DNA from: Bacillota bacterium
GTDB taxonomy: Bacteria > Bacillota > DTU025
Direction: 5' to 3'
Length of the DNA stretch: 64,000 bases
Assembly: GCA_050951805.1 (NCBI GenBank)
Contig: JBMNJT010000007.1
Coordinates: 12,521-76,520, forward strand
Positions 40,135-50,108 of this stretch are shown one piece after another (the first letter of the stretch is position 1; every line of letters begins with the position of its first letter). The position numbers were made by a program, and so were the translations under genes. The notes beneath the pieces were generated by a model that ran no database searches, was not told where the DNA came from, and was given only the letters and a program-made list of their open reading frames with translations.

Positions 40135-40515
40135 CTACAAAATGGCTATGGCGTCTATCTCCACCTTTGCGTCTTTGGGAAGCCTCGAGACCTCGATTGC
40201 GCATCGTGCAGGCTGTTCAGATCCGAAATAGGAGGCGTAAACCTCATTCATGGCAGCGAAATCATTCATATCTTCAAGATAGACCGTCACCTTGACCACC
40301 TTATCCAGCCCAGTTCCTGCAGCCTCCAAGATCCCAACTATGTTGTCCAACGCCCTCTTAGTCTGCTCCTTTATCCCGCCATCCACGAGCTTCTCGGTTG
40401 CCGGGTCGAGCGGAGTCTGGCCGGAAACAAAGAGAAACTGTCCAGCTACAATACCCTGGGAATAAGGGCCTATAGCTGCTGGCGCCCTGTCAGTATCCAC
40501 AACCTTCTTCAACAT
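40135..40515 (-). CDS. ridA: RidA/YabJ family enamine deaminase
   Basis: [31 protein letters not shown]. Confidence 0.93.
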   Translation of the reverse strand: MLKKVVDTDRAPAAIGPYSQGIVAGQFLFVSGQTPLDPATEKLVDGGIKEQTKRALDNIVGILEAAGTGLDKVVKVTVYLEDMNDFAAMNEVYASYFGSEQPARCAIEVSRLPKDAKVEIDAIAIL

Positions 40516-40577
40516 TTACACCTCCCGAAAAATCAACCAGCGCGCGACAGATTGCACAGTAGATTATGGAGACTCGC

Positions 40578-41354
40578 TCAGGCAAGCATCTGCAAGGCAA
40601 GTTCCAGATCGCTGGGCTTGTCAACATCTACGCCTATCTCCGCGTAGGGGACTATGACGCCTCGACCAACCAGTGCCAGCTTATCCCATGCCCTCTTTTC
40701 GACATCTGCGATTGAGAGTCGTCCAAACAAGTATTTGAGTATTATCGGCAGCCCCAGAAGCGAACCCAATGCGAGGGGGTTTTTTCTCATGTCAAGAGCC
40801 TTTTCGATAATGCCGCGGTTCTTTCGGACCACAGGCGCGTCCACCATGAACACGTTCCCGCCGGTCACCGTCGCGTCCGCCAGCTTTATGTAGGTTCTTT
40901 TTACGCCGGGAAACTTCTCCTCAATCACGTCGCGCGCCACCACCGCGTAGTGGACCTCGGCGGGATCGCGCTCACACATCTCCACGAATCCGTCAATAGA
41001 CTCGCTGGTGATAAACGCAGCATCACCCGCAATCACCACGGCCTTTTTCTCATCAGAGATCTCGTCGAGCCCAGCCATGAGATTTGCGATCATGTTCCCC
41101 CGACGTTCAACCACCTGTACCCTGCCGCCGGCATTTTTCCTGTCAACAACAGGCTGCAAAGCATCTGACGGGCCAACTACTAACACTCGGTCTACAGATT
41201 TTGCCCCCAGCACGCCATCGAGAACCCATTCCACCATGGGCTTGCCATTTATGTCCACTACGGCCTCGTATTTCGCGTCTGAAACCTCGGCCAGACGCCC
41301 GTCGTTATCCGCGCCGGCCAGAATTGCCACATCCACTCGCATTGCGCCTCTCAC
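40578..41354 (-). CDS. Nucleotidyltransferase family protein (MobA-like NTP transferase)
   Basis: AILAG, INGKPMVEWV, DVDKPSDL. Confidence 0.8.
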   Translation of the reverse strand: MRGAMRVDVAILAGADNDGRLAEVSDAKYEAVVDINGKPMVEWVLDGVLGAKSVDRVLVVGPSDALQPVVDRKNAGGRVQVVERRGNMIANLMAGLDEISDEKKAVVIAGDAAFITSESIDGFVEMCERDPAEVHYAVVARDVIEEKFPGVKRTYIKLADATVTGGNVFMVDAPVVRKNRGIIEKALDMRKNPLALGSLLGLPIILKYLFGRLSIADVEKRAWDKLALVGRGVIVPYAEIGVDVDKPSDLELALQMLA

Positions 41355-41408
41355 CTCATTCCCTATTTGGGATTGAATTGTGTGCCTCGCAAATCCTTCG
41401 ATATATTC

Positions 41409-42398
41409 CTAAGACCCAGGAGGAATCCTAGGCCCGGCATGTGTAACGATGACATCGAGCGGGCCCCTTCCGGAAAGAGAGAACGCCCGTTTCCTGAGGC
41501 TCCGTGCGGCAGAATGTGCGGAATCATCCGACTCAAACAACCCGAATACAGTAGGTCCACTGCCGCTCATAACCGCAGCCATAGCCCCCAACTCCAGCAG
41601 CGCCGCCTTAACTTGGAGCACCTCCGGGCATCTCTCGGCAGCAACCGGCTCCAGCTCATTCCCAATCAGATGCACCACCTGCGCCACAGGCGAACCAGAT
41701 ACCGCATCCCCTTTCAAAGCGCTCCCGCCTTGCGATCGCATCCAGTTCGCCAGAGCCCGAGCCCTCGCATTGCCGCGCCCACCCATCGCCCGCGCTCGTC
41801 GACCATCCCACATCCCGTACATTTCGCCCGCCAGGAGAGAGACTGAGGGTTTCGCAAGGACCACGGCAACTCCTGGCAGCGGAGGCAAGGGCGTCAGATC
41901 ATCCCCAATGCCACATGCCATAGCCGCCCAAGCCCGAGGCGGATCGCCATGGCACATAAGACAAAACGGCACATCCGCGCCGACCGAACGGGCAACATGG
42001 TACAGTTCATCCTCTGCGAGTGGCACATCCCACAGCCGATTCATGCTAGCCAAAACCGCGGCTGCGTCTGCGCTTCCTCCCCCGAGCCCGGCGGCAACAG
42101 GTATCTTCTTTCCGATCCCTATCGATACCGCGCCTCGTTTTCCGGCGGCTTCAAAAAAAGCCATAGCCGCGCGATACGCAATATTCTCCGTACCAGCCGG
42201 CGCCACCTGCGGGAAGACATCAACTCTTATCTCATATTCCGACACTGCACCAGCTTCAAGCCGCTCAACCCTAATCTCGTCTGCAAGCTCTACACGGTGC
42301 ATCACCGTTTCGATATCATGGTAACCGTCCGGTCTGAGCCCGACAACATCGAAAGCAAGATTGATTTTTGCCCAAGCTTTGCTTTCAACCACACGCAT
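41409..42398 (-). CDS. ispE: 4-diphosphocytidyl-2-C-methyl-D-erythritol kinase
   Basis: AKINL, RPDGYH, KKIPVAAGLGGGSADAAA, GADVPFC, MSGSGPTVFG. Confidence 0.96.
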   Translation of the reverse strand: MRVVESKAWAKINLAFDVVGLRPDGYHDIETVMHRVELADEIRVERLEAGAVSEYEIRVDVFPQVAPAGTENIAYRAAMAFFEAAGKRGAVSIGIGKKIPVAAGLGGGSADAAAVLASMNRLWDVPLAEDELYHVARSVGADVPFCLMCHGDPPRAWAAMACGIGDDLTPLPPLPGVAVVLAKPSVSLLAGEMYGMWDGRRARAMGGRGNARARALANWMRSQGGSALKGDAVSGSPVAQVVHLIGNELEPVAAERCPEVLQVKAALLELGAMAAVMSGSGPTVFGLFESDDSAHSAARSLRKRAFSLSGRGPLDVIVTHAGPRIPPGS

Positions 42399-42430
42399 GA
42401 GACCACATCCATCAGGTAATGCACAAACTA

Positions 42431-43795
42431 CTATGCTCGAGTTCTACCGCCAAACAGTTCCGCAAAGAAGCGAACTACCGCCCTCCACGCCCTCACTACC
42501 GCATTGGCCCGTGGGACGTCAGACTCAGCCACAGCGAGCGTCGACCCTAATTCCTCTCCAGACGGCATTACCGCAACTGCGCGACCCAGAGGTTGTCCTT
42601 TCTTTATCGGAGCAGATAACTCCTGCCCAAGAGGTTCAAAATGAACCTCTGTCTCAGATGAAAATCCCCTTGGGCAAAGCAACACAAGGTCCTCTGCCGC
42701 CACTGCCGTAACATCCTGCCTTGCGGCAGAGAGAACACGAATCGTCCCTACAGGCGCGCCAGCATCTAAAAAGCGCGTTCGCTCAAACTTCTGGAAACCG
42801 TAATCCAAGAGCTTCGAGGTTTCTCCGACCCTCTTCTCATCGCTCGCAGCGCCAAGAACTACCGAAAGAAGTCTCGTCTCCCCGCGCACAGCGGTCCCCA
42901 CCAGACACCAGCCGGCGTTGTCCGTCTGCCCGGTCTTCAGGCCATCCGCACCCTCGTATACCTTGATAAGCCTATTAGTATTGAAGAGATCGTAGGTCCC
43001 CCCGCGCATCTTCCCTATCCAAGTACTGGTCAACTCCAGAATCTCGGGGTGCTTGAGAAGCTCGCGGGACATTATCGCAATATCTCTGGCCGTAGTGTAG
43101 TGGCCAGGGTCGTCGAGGCCTTCCGGGTTGGCAAAATGGGTGTTTGACATGCCAAGTTCAGCGGCCCGGGCATTCATCAGTTCGACGAAAGCGTCTGCGC
43201 TCCCCGCAATGGCTTCAGCGAGCGCGTAACTTGCATCATTAGCCGACCTTATGGCTGTAGCCGCCAACAGCTCCCTGATAGGGACTTCTTCCTTCTCCTT
43301 CAAGTAAACCTGGGAGCCCCCCATGAGAGATGCCTCACGGCTCACGACAACAGTGTCATCCAGTGAAACCTTGCCTTCCTGGGCATGCTCCATGACGATC
43401 AACATCGTCATGACTTTCGTTATCGAAGCAGGCGCCAGCCTTTCATCAGGATTCATGGAGAACAGGACCTGGCCGGTCGCGACATCCTCAAGAATGGCGG
43501 CATTCGCCTCAATCATCGGCACAGGAGCTTCGCTGTAGAATTCGACTTTGGCTTGGGCAGGAACCCCCGTCTGTGCAGAACAGGCGAAAGCTGCCATTGC
43601 AAGAATGATGACAGTCGACAGGGATATGGCGCGAGCATAGATAGAACTTATTCTCTTTGGCAATTTAGAGCCTCCTCGAAGCAAACGATCTTCATATCTC
43701 ATACTACAGATTCTGCCCGCAGGCGATGAGGTTATGAGAACGGGCGCATCGCTCAGCGGCGTTAAAGTTTGTGCCGCTGAGCCCATGCGCCCCAA
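42431..43795 (-). CDS. D-alanyl-D-alanine carboxypeptidase (peptidase S11, DacF/DacA-like)
   Basis: PASITK (SxxK), SAN, KTG, PBP5 C-terminal domain; true start probably downstream of 43795. Confidence 0.9.
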   Translation of the reverse strand: MGRMGSAAQTLTPLSDAPVLITSSPAGRICSMRYEDRLLRGGSKLPKRISSIYARAISLSTVIILAMAAFACSAQTGVPAQAKVEFYSEAPVPMIEANAAILEDVATGQVLFSMNPDERLAPASITKVMTMLIVMEHAQEGKVSLDDTVVVSREASLMGGSQVYLKEKEEVPIRELLAATAIRSANDASYALAEAIAGSADAFVELMNARAAELGMSNTHFANPEGLDDPGHYTTARDIAIMSRELLKHPEILELTSTWIGKMRGGTYDLFNTNRLIKVYEGADGLKTGQTDNAGWCLVGTAVRGETRLLSVVLGAASDEKRVGETSKLLDYGFQKFERTRFLDAGAPVGTIRVLSAARQDVTAVAAEDLVLLCPRGFSSETEVHFEPLGQELSAPIKKGQPLGRAVAVMPSGEELGSTLAVAESDVPRANAVVRAWRAVVRFFAELFGGRTRA

Positions 43796-43864
43796 AAACC
43801 TGTACTGCTCAGCACCCCGCGCACGAACAAGTGCGTCAAGGGTCTGCGTCCCTACGATGGGAGT

Positions 43865-44836
43865 CTACTTTACAAGATGGCAGGCGATATGATGCCCGCC
43901 GAAATCGCGCAGCTCGGGTTCTTCTTCCCCGCAGACTTTCATGGCATAGCTGCATCTCGATTTGAACCTGCATCCTGGAGGAGGATCGATCGGGCTCGGG
44001 ACATCCCCTTCAAGAATGATCCTTTCGCGCTTAGCCTCCACATCCGGGTCGGGAATGGGAATCGCCGACATCAATGCCTTAGTATAAGGATGAAGCGGGT
44101 TTTTGTAAAGCTCGACACTGTCTGCAAGTTCCACAATCTTCCCGAGGTACATCACTGCCACACGGTGGCTCGTATGCTTAACCATGGCCAGGTCGTGAGC
44201 GATGAAAAGATACGTCAGATCGCGTTCTTCCTGCAACTCCTCGAGCATGTTTATAACCTGCGCCTGAATGGACACGTCGAGCGCGGATATGGGCTCGTCG
44301 CATATGATAAAACTCGGCTCCACAGCGAGAGCCCGCGCAACCCCGATCCTCTGCCTCTGGCCCCCGCTGAACTCGTGCGGAAACCTAGTAGCATGCTCAG
44401 GGCTGAGGCCTACAGTGTGGAGGAGTTCGTGTATCATGTCGAGCCTTTCCGCCTTGCTGCTCGCAAGGTTATGTATGTCAATGGGCTCCCCGATGATGTC
44501 ACCCACAGTCATGCGCGGATTCAAAGAAGCGTAAGGATCCTGGAAGATCATCTGCATCTTTCGCCTTATAGGCAGGATTTCCTTGGGACCGAGCGAGAAG
44601 ATGGGAATCCCGTCGAATATGACTTCGCCAGCAGTAGGCTCGTAAAGCCTGCATATAGTCCTGCCCGCAGTCGTCTTACCGCAACCGCTTTCGCCCACAA
44701 GCCCCAAAGTCTCGCCTCGGGGTATGCTAAAGCTGATATCATCTACAGCTTTCAGCGTCCCTTCCTTGCTCTTGAAGGTTCCTCCGCCAACACCGAAGTA
44801 CTTCTTCAGGTTTTTCACCTCGACCAACGGCTCCAT
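43865..44836 (-). CDS. oppF: Oligopeptide ABC transporter ATPase
   Basis: GESGCGKT, FSGGQRQR, CDEPISALDVSIQAQ, HPYT. Confidence 0.93.
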   Translation of the reverse strand: MEPLVEVKNLKKYFGVGGGTFKSKEGTLKAVDDISFSIPRGETLGLVGESGCGKTTAGRTICRLYEPTAGEVIFDGIPIFSLGPKEILPIRRKMQMIFQDPYASLNPRMTVGDIIGEPIDIHNLASSKAERLDMIHELLHTVGLSPEHATRFPHEFSGGQRQRIGVARALAVEPSFIICDEPISALDVSIQAQVINMLEELQEERDLTYLFIAHDLAMVKHTSHRVAVMYLGKIVELADSVELYKNPLHPYTKALMSAIPIPDPDVEAKRERIILEGDVPSPIDPPPGCRFKSRCSYAMKVCGEEEPELRDFGGHHIACHLVK

Positions 44837-45846
44837 CAGGCCACGCCCCCTCTCTCCACGCGATCATATGTCGGCGCCAACGGGTACTGCAGCCAACATG
44901 CCACCTTATGATGATCCGAGAGCTTAGTATAATCAGGCGGCTCATTGGCGCAGATCGACATCGCGTAATCGCACCTAGGAGCGAACGGACACCCGGTCGG
45001 AGGACTTATCAAGTCCGGAGGCTGTCCCAGAATGGGCACAAGTTTTTTCTTCTCTTCCGCGTCCAGCCTCGGTACGGACTTCAGAAGGCCCCATGTGTAA
45101 GGATGCTGGGCATGGTAGTAGATGTCGCGTACTGTACCGGTCTCTATCACTTTTCCAGCGTACATCACCAACACGCGCTGGGCCAAACCCGCAACAACAC
45201 CGAGATCGTGGGTGATCAGTATGATTGACATATTGAGCTTCTTCTTCAGCTCCGCCATGAGGCTTATAATCTGAGCCTGAATCGTGACATCTAGAGCCGT
45301 TGTGGGTTCATCTGCAATAAGAAGCATCGGGTTGCAGGCCAGAGCCATCGCTATCATCACCCTCTGCCTCATGCCTCCGCTGAACTCGTGGGGATACGAT
45401 CCCAAGCGGTGTTCGGGCGAAGGAATCCCTACCATGTGAAGGAGTTCCACGCATCTCTTGACCGCCTGCTCCCGGGTGGCATTCTGGTGGAGCATGATGC
45501 TTTCCACTATCTGAGTCTGAATCGTCAAAACAGGGTTTAGAGACGTCATAGGATCCTGGAATATCATCCCGATCTCGTTTCCGCGCACATGTTGCATCTG
45601 ATTCTCGCTGAGCTTCAACAAATCGCGTCCATTGAAGAAGATCTGCCCGTCTATGATCTTCCCAGGCGGCGCCACCAGTTGCATTATGGAAAGCGCCGTG
45701 ACGCTCTTACCACACCCAGACTCGCCAACAATAGCTATTGCTTCACCGGTGTCCACGTGGAAGCTCACATCACGGACTGCCTTGACTTCGCCTGAATATG
45801 TGAAGAACGATGTGCTAACGTTTCTGACTTCCAAAAGTCTGTCCAA
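44836..45846 (-). CDS. oppD: Oligopeptide ABC transporter ATPase
   Basis: GESGCGKS, FSGGMRQRVMIA, ADEPTTALDVTIQAQ. Confidence 0.93.
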   Translation of the reverse strand: MDRLLEVRNVSTSFFTYSGEVKAVRDVSFHVDTGEAIAIVGESGCGKSVTALSIMQLVAPPGKIIDGQIFFNGRDLLKLSENQMQHVRGNEIGMIFQDPMTSLNPVLTIQTQIVESIMLHQNATREQAVKRCVELLHMVGIPSPEHRLGSYPHEFSGGMRQRVMIAMALACNPMLLIADEPTTALDVTIQAQIISLMAELKKKLNMSIILITHDLGVVAGLAQRVLVMYAGKVIETGTVRDIYYHAQHPYTWGLLKSVPRLDAEEKKKLVPILGQPPDLISPPTGCPFAPRCDYAMSICANEPPDYTKLSDHHKVACWLQYPLAPTYDRVERGGVA

Positions 45847-45876
45847 GAGGTATCCCCCCTACTCTATGTCCACCGG

Positions 45877-46791
45877 TTACTTGCGCTGCTTGGGATCGAG
45901 CGCATCTCGAAGACCGTCTCCGAGGAAGTTGAACGCGAACATAGTAATGCTTATAGCTATAGCTGGGAAGAAGAGCTGCCAGGGATATGACCTGAAGCTC
46001 TGTAGCGCGTCGGATGCCAACACGCCCCAGCTGGCCATTGGCGCATTCACGCCAAGTCCAATGAAGCTCAAGAAGGCTTCGGTGAATATAGCCGACGGTA
46101 TATTGAGCGTGGCGGTGACTATGATCGGGCCCATCGCATTTGGAATCAAGTGTTTGGTGATTATCTGCCAATTGCTTGCCCCGATCGACCGCGCTGCGAG
46201 AACGTAGTCCTGCTCCTTCAGACTAAGAACCTGACCTCTCACGATCCTCGCCATACCGAGCCAGTATACAAGGCCCAGCGCTATCAGGATGTTCTGCAGA
46301 CCAGGCTCGAGAATGACCATGAGCAATATGACGTAAAGCAGCATAGGAATGGCATTGAGCACCTCGACTATGCGCATCATGATATTATCGATCTTCCCGC
46401 CGTAAAAACCCGAAATCCCGCCATAGATCACTCCTACAGTGAGGTTGAGCAGACTCGCCAAAAACCCGACCGTAAGCGATATCCTGGCTCCGTACATGAT
46501 GCGCGTCAACAGGTCGCGCCCCAGATCATCAGTGCCCAGCCAATGCTTTGAACTGCAATACTGGTTCTGCTCCTCTAGATTCTGGTCAGAGTAGCTGTAC
46601 GGCGATATCATGGGGCCGAATATGGCAATCACGAGAATCGCCACGATGGTCCATAGCCCCACCATGGCCATACGGTTCTTCTTCAACCTGCGCCACGCAT
46701 CTTGCCAGTAGGTAACTGACGGACGCACAATCGCTTCCGCGCTATCGATATCCTTGTTAATCGGTTTGAACATTTCAGCGCTATATTCCAC
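45877..46791 (-). CDS. oppC: Oligopeptide ABC transporter permease
   Basis: YWQDAWRRLKKN, HWLGTDDLGRD, YVLAARSIGAS. Confidence 0.93.
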   Translation of the reverse strand: MEYSAEMFKPINKDIDSAEAIVRPSVTYWQDAWRRLKKNRMAMVGLWTIVAILVIAIFGPMISPYSYSDQNLEEQNQYCSSKHWLGTDDLGRDLLTRIMYGARISLTVGFLASLLNLTVGVIYGGISGFYGGKIDNIMMRIVEVLNAIPMLLYVILLMVILEPGLQNILIALGLVYWLGMARIVRGQVLSLKEQDYVLAARSIGASNWQIITKHLIPNAMGPIIVTATLNIPSAIFTEAFLSFIGLGVNAPMASWGVLASDALQSFRSYPWQLFFPAIAISITMFAFNFLGDGLRDALDPKQRK

Positions 46792-46797
46792 AGCTGC

Positions 46798-47730
46798 TCA
46801 CTCCTTCGCGTCCGTCAGCTTGATCCTAGGATCGATCCAGCAGTAGGCAATGTCTACCAAGAAGTTCAGCATGACCAAAAGCGCGCTGTAGAATATCGTA
46901 ACACCCATTATGGTAGTGTAATCCCTGTTGTAGATGCTCGTCACATAATAGCGTCCAAGCCCGGGTATGGCAAAGATATTCTCTACAACAAAGCTTCCAG
47001 TGATTATTCCCGCAATCAGAGGTCCCAAATAGGTAACCACCGGAAGTATAGCGTTCTTGATCACGTGCTTGTAGACGACAGCACCCCAGGAAAGTCCCTT
47101 GGATCTGGCTGTTCTGATGTAGTCTTGCGATAGCACATCCAGCGTACTAGATCGCATCAACCTTGCAAAGAAAGCCGTGGGGAACCCCGCCAGCGCCAGC
47201 ATGGGAAGGATAACGTGTTTCGGAGTACCCCACATAGCAGCGGGCAGCCACTGAAGCTTTACAGCAAACACATACATGAGCAATGTTGCCATGACGAAGC
47301 TTGGAACAGACACTCCTATGATGGCAAACGCCATTATGAAGTTATCCTGCCACTGATTCTGTTTGAGGGCGGATATTATCCCGCACGGGACCCCCACCAA
47401 AAGGGCGAAAACGACGCTTACAAGTCCCAGATGGGCGCTGATAGGGAACCCCTCCCGAATGATGTCATTAACAGATCGGCCCAAATACTTGTAGGAAGGC
47501 CCCAGATCGCCCCGGAGCAAGTTGCCGATGTAGTCGACATACTGCTTCCATAGCGGGTCATTCAGTTTATACCGTTCCTCAATGTTCCTTTGAATCGCAG
47601 GAGGCAAGGCCTTCTCTCTCTTGAACGGGCCGCCCGGGATAGCGTGCATCAAGAAGAACGTCGCAGTCGCCACCACGAATATAACCAGTATTACAGAAAT
47701 GAACCTTCGTAGGACATATGAGCCCACCAA
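46798..47730 (-). CDS. oppB: Oligopeptide ABC transporter permease
   Basis: PGGPF, GDLGPS, DYIRTARSKGL, IFAIPGLG. Confidence 0.93.
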   Translation of the reverse strand: MVGSYVLRRFISVILVIFVVATATFFLMHAIPGGPFKREKALPPAIQRNIEERYKLNDPLWKQYVDYIGNLLRGDLGPSYKYLGRSVNDIIREGFPISAHLGLVSVVFALLVGVPCGIISALKQNQWQDNFIMAFAIIGVSVPSFVMATLLMYVFAVKLQWLPAAMWGTPKHVILPMLALAGFPTAFFARLMRSSTLDVLSQDYIRTARSKGLSWGAVVYKHVIKNAILPVVTYLGPLIAGIITGSFVVENIFAIPGLGRYYVTSIYNRDYTTIMGVTIFYSALLVMLNFLVDIAYCWIDPRIKLTDAKE

Positions 47731-47755
47731 TATCAGCTCCCGTCAAATGCCAGAG

Positions 47756-47793
47756 CCGGGGGCATGCTCCGGTAACCCGTGCATGCCCCCGGG
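47756..47793 (-). terminator. Intercistronic stem-loop after oppA
   Basis: CCGGGGGCATGC...GCATGCCCCCGG inverted repeat. Confidence 0.7.
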
Positions 47794-47837
47794 CACTGAT
47801 GGTTCATATAGATACGTGCGCGCCTATAAGCGCCTTA

Positions 47838-49448
47838 TCAATGCTCAAGCACGTATGCTGTCGAGAAGTCGATGAAGCCCAGAGGCGATCTGAAAGCGCC
47901 CTTGATCCACGGCTTGATCACGGTCAGGTTGACATAGAAGTAGATCGGCATTATCGGCATCTCAGTCATGAGAATGGTCTCTGCGTCATGGAGCATCTTC
48001 GCACGCTTAGCTGTATTCAGCTCTGCCTGAGCTGCATAGATAAGCTCATCGTACTTCTTGCTGCCCCATCCCGTATCGTTGTTCCCGCCGCCGGTCACCC
48101 ACATGTCGAGGAAGGTCATGGGATCAAGATAGTCACCAATCCAGCCTGCACGGGCCACCTCGTAGTTGAGCTGGGTGCGGGAATCGAGGTAGACCTGCCA
48201 TTCCTGGTTGGTCAGCCTAACGTCGATCCCGAGGTTCTTCTTCCACATCTCCTGGATCGCCTCGGCGATCTTCTTATGGTTCTCGCTCGTGTTATATAGA
48301 ATCGTCAACGTCGGGAAGCCTTTGCCATCCGGATATCCTGCTTCAGCAAGAAGCTTCTTTGCAGCAGCGAGATCTTCCTTGAAGTAATCCCCGCCAATCT
48401 TCCGGAAGTCCTTATCAGGCGTTGCATCGCCGAGCCCGTACGGCACATAGGCCAGTGCCGGAAGCTGTCCGCCCCTGACGACACGGTCTATCAGAGTCTG
48501 ACGGTCGATAGCCATGGTAAGAGCCTTGCGGACTCTCACGTCGTTGAGAGGCTTCTTAGTGACGTTGAACATGTAGTAGTAGGTTCCGATGTACTCCGAC
48601 TTATGTAGTAACCCTTGCTTCTCGAGGCGTTCTATTTCTGCAGCAGGAGGCGCATCGAACCAATCCAGCTGACCGGTCTCAAACATCGAAAGAGCGGTCT
48701 GAATATCATCGACCAGATAGAGGTCGAGCCTTTCCATGCCAACCTTCTTCCTATTCCAATAGTGCGGGTTGGGCACCAGCTCGATCTTGGAGTTGTGCTG
48801 CCACGATACCATCTTGTAAGGGCCGTTTCCAATGTAGTTCTTGGGATTCTGGAACCACCCTTCAGGATCCGCCTCCACAACCTTGCGGTAAACCGGCATC
48901 AAAGTTGGGAAGTTGCAGAGCTGAAGGAAGTAAGGGGTCGGATTCTCCAACACAACCTGGAGAGTGTAGTCGTTGACTGCCCTTACGCCAACCTTAGACG
49001 GGTCTTTCAGCTTTCCCTCGTTATACGGTCTTCCGTTCTTGATGTACCACAGCTGATATGCATACTCGGAAGCTGTCTCGGGCGCCAGTGCGCGCTTCCA
49101 CGCCCATTCAAAGTCGTGGGCGGTTACAGGCTGCCCATTTGACCACTTTGTCTTGCGCAGCTTGAAGGTGTAGACAAGGCCATCCTTGCTGATCGTCCAG
49201 CTCTCCGCGATAGCTGGCTGAGGCACGTTGTTCTCGTCCATTCTCGTGAGGCCCTCAAAGCAGTTGAGCTCGATAATGGCCTCCGGGATTCCAGTGGACT
49301 TTGCCGGGTCAAGCGTCGACGGTTCTGTTCCCACATTGAAGCTGAGGATCTGCTTCTTGGCCAGTTTCTCTGCTGCAAAGCCAGTGGAGGCAATCAGCAG
49401 GACAGTCATGAAGCAAGCAAACCACAGTAGGGACTTACGAATCCGCAT
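47838..49448 (-). CDS. oppA: Oligopeptide ABC transporter substrate-binding protein
   Basis: EPSTLDP, AESWTISKDGLVYTFKLR, KWSNGQPVTAHDF, NGPY, GWIGDY. Confidence 0.93.
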   Translation of the reverse strand: MRIRKSLLWFACFMTVLLIASTGFAAEKLAKKQILSFNVGTEPSTLDPAKSTGIPEAIIELNCFEGLTRMDENNVPQPAIAESWTISKDGLVYTFKLRKTKWSNGQPVTAHDFEWAWKRALAPETASEYAYQLWYIKNGRPYNEGKLKDPSKVGVRAVNDYTLQVVLENPTPYFLQLCNFPTLMPVYRKVVEADPEGWFQNPKNYIGNGPYKMVSWQHNSKIELVPNPHYWNRKKVGMERLDLYLVDDIQTALSMFETGQLDWFDAPPAAEIERLEKQGLLHKSEYIGTYYYMFNVTKKPLNDVRVRKALTMAIDRQTLIDRVVRGGQLPALAYVPYGLGDATPDKDFRKIGGDYFKEDLAAAKKLLAEAGYPDGKGFPTLTILYNTSENHKKIAEAIQEMWKKNLGIDVRLTNQEWQVYLDSRTQLNYEVARAGWIGDYLDPMTFLDMWVTGGGNNDTGWGSKKYDELIYAAQAELNTAKRAKMLHDAETILMTEMPIMPIYFYVNLTVIKPWIKGAFRSPLGFIDFSTAYVLEH

Positions 49449-49547
49449 ACGAAACGACCTCCCTCATTTTTTGGCTTCCGGGCAGGTATTCCAGTTTCGG
49501 GAATAAGCCGGGATACCCGTTACCCTGACATGGTTATTAAATGCAGT

Positions 49548-49574
49548 ATTCGCTCTAACAAGTGATAATCCTGC
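49548..49574 (-). promoter_or_regulatory. Sigma-H-like promoter upstream of oppA
   Basis: GCAGGATTAT-CACTTGTTAGA-GCGAAT. Confidence 0.5.
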
Positions 49575-49667
49575 CAGCTATCCTTATGTAATAGCGGACC
49601 CTTATTTACACAGACTAGGTGCTTAGGGCCATACTATTGGTACACATACTGGAAAGCTGGTGTTACA

Positions 49668-50108
49668 ATGGGTATCTTCAATCCAGCCCTTGCCATAGCC
49701 GCGGGAAGCGGAATAGCAATGGCTTTTCAAGGCGCCGTGAATTCTACTGCTGCAAAAACAATTGGACTTTGGGAGACTACTTTCGTGGTCTTGGCCTCCG
49801 GAGCGCTCCTCGCCGGAGCAGGACTAGCGGCAGGGCTCAACAGTGGAGGCCTTGCGCGATTAGGCGCTGCCCCATGGTGGAGCCTCCTTGGCGGACCCGT
49901 TGGACCATTAATCACAATCGCAGTGGCTTACGGAATCCGAAAGCTTGGCGCCGTAAACGCCACAACAGCGATCATAGTAGGCCAAATCGGGATGGCCGCG
50001 ATCATAGACCACATGGGTTGGTTCGGCGTCAGGCCAATCGCCTTCAGCCCCATCAAAATACTAGGACTTACGCTGCTTACTGTAGGAGCCAGAATACTTC
50101 TAAGCTAG
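49668..50108 (+). CDS. DMT family transporter (YdcZ/DUF606-like)
   Basis: AFQGAVNS, APWWSLLGG, GQIGMAAIIDHMGWFG. Confidence 0.85.
   Translation: MGIFNPALAIAAGSGIAMAFQGAVNSTAAKTIGLWETTFVVLASGALLAGAGLAAGLNSGGLARLGAAPWWSLLGGPVGPLITIAVAYGIRKLGAVNATTAIIVGQIGMAAIIDHMGWFGVRPIAFSPIKILGLTLLTVGARILLS

Noticed and set aside
35433-41408. Absence of ctc (L25), purR and yabO from the conserved region
   Set aside because: Gene loss or relocation here is common among Bacillota and cannot be judged from one window.
43877-44911. Long antisense ORFs, such as 344 aa opposite oppF, 291 aa opposite ispE and 471 aa at 62476-63891
   Set aside because: These are shadow frames of well-supported genes in GC-rich sequence.
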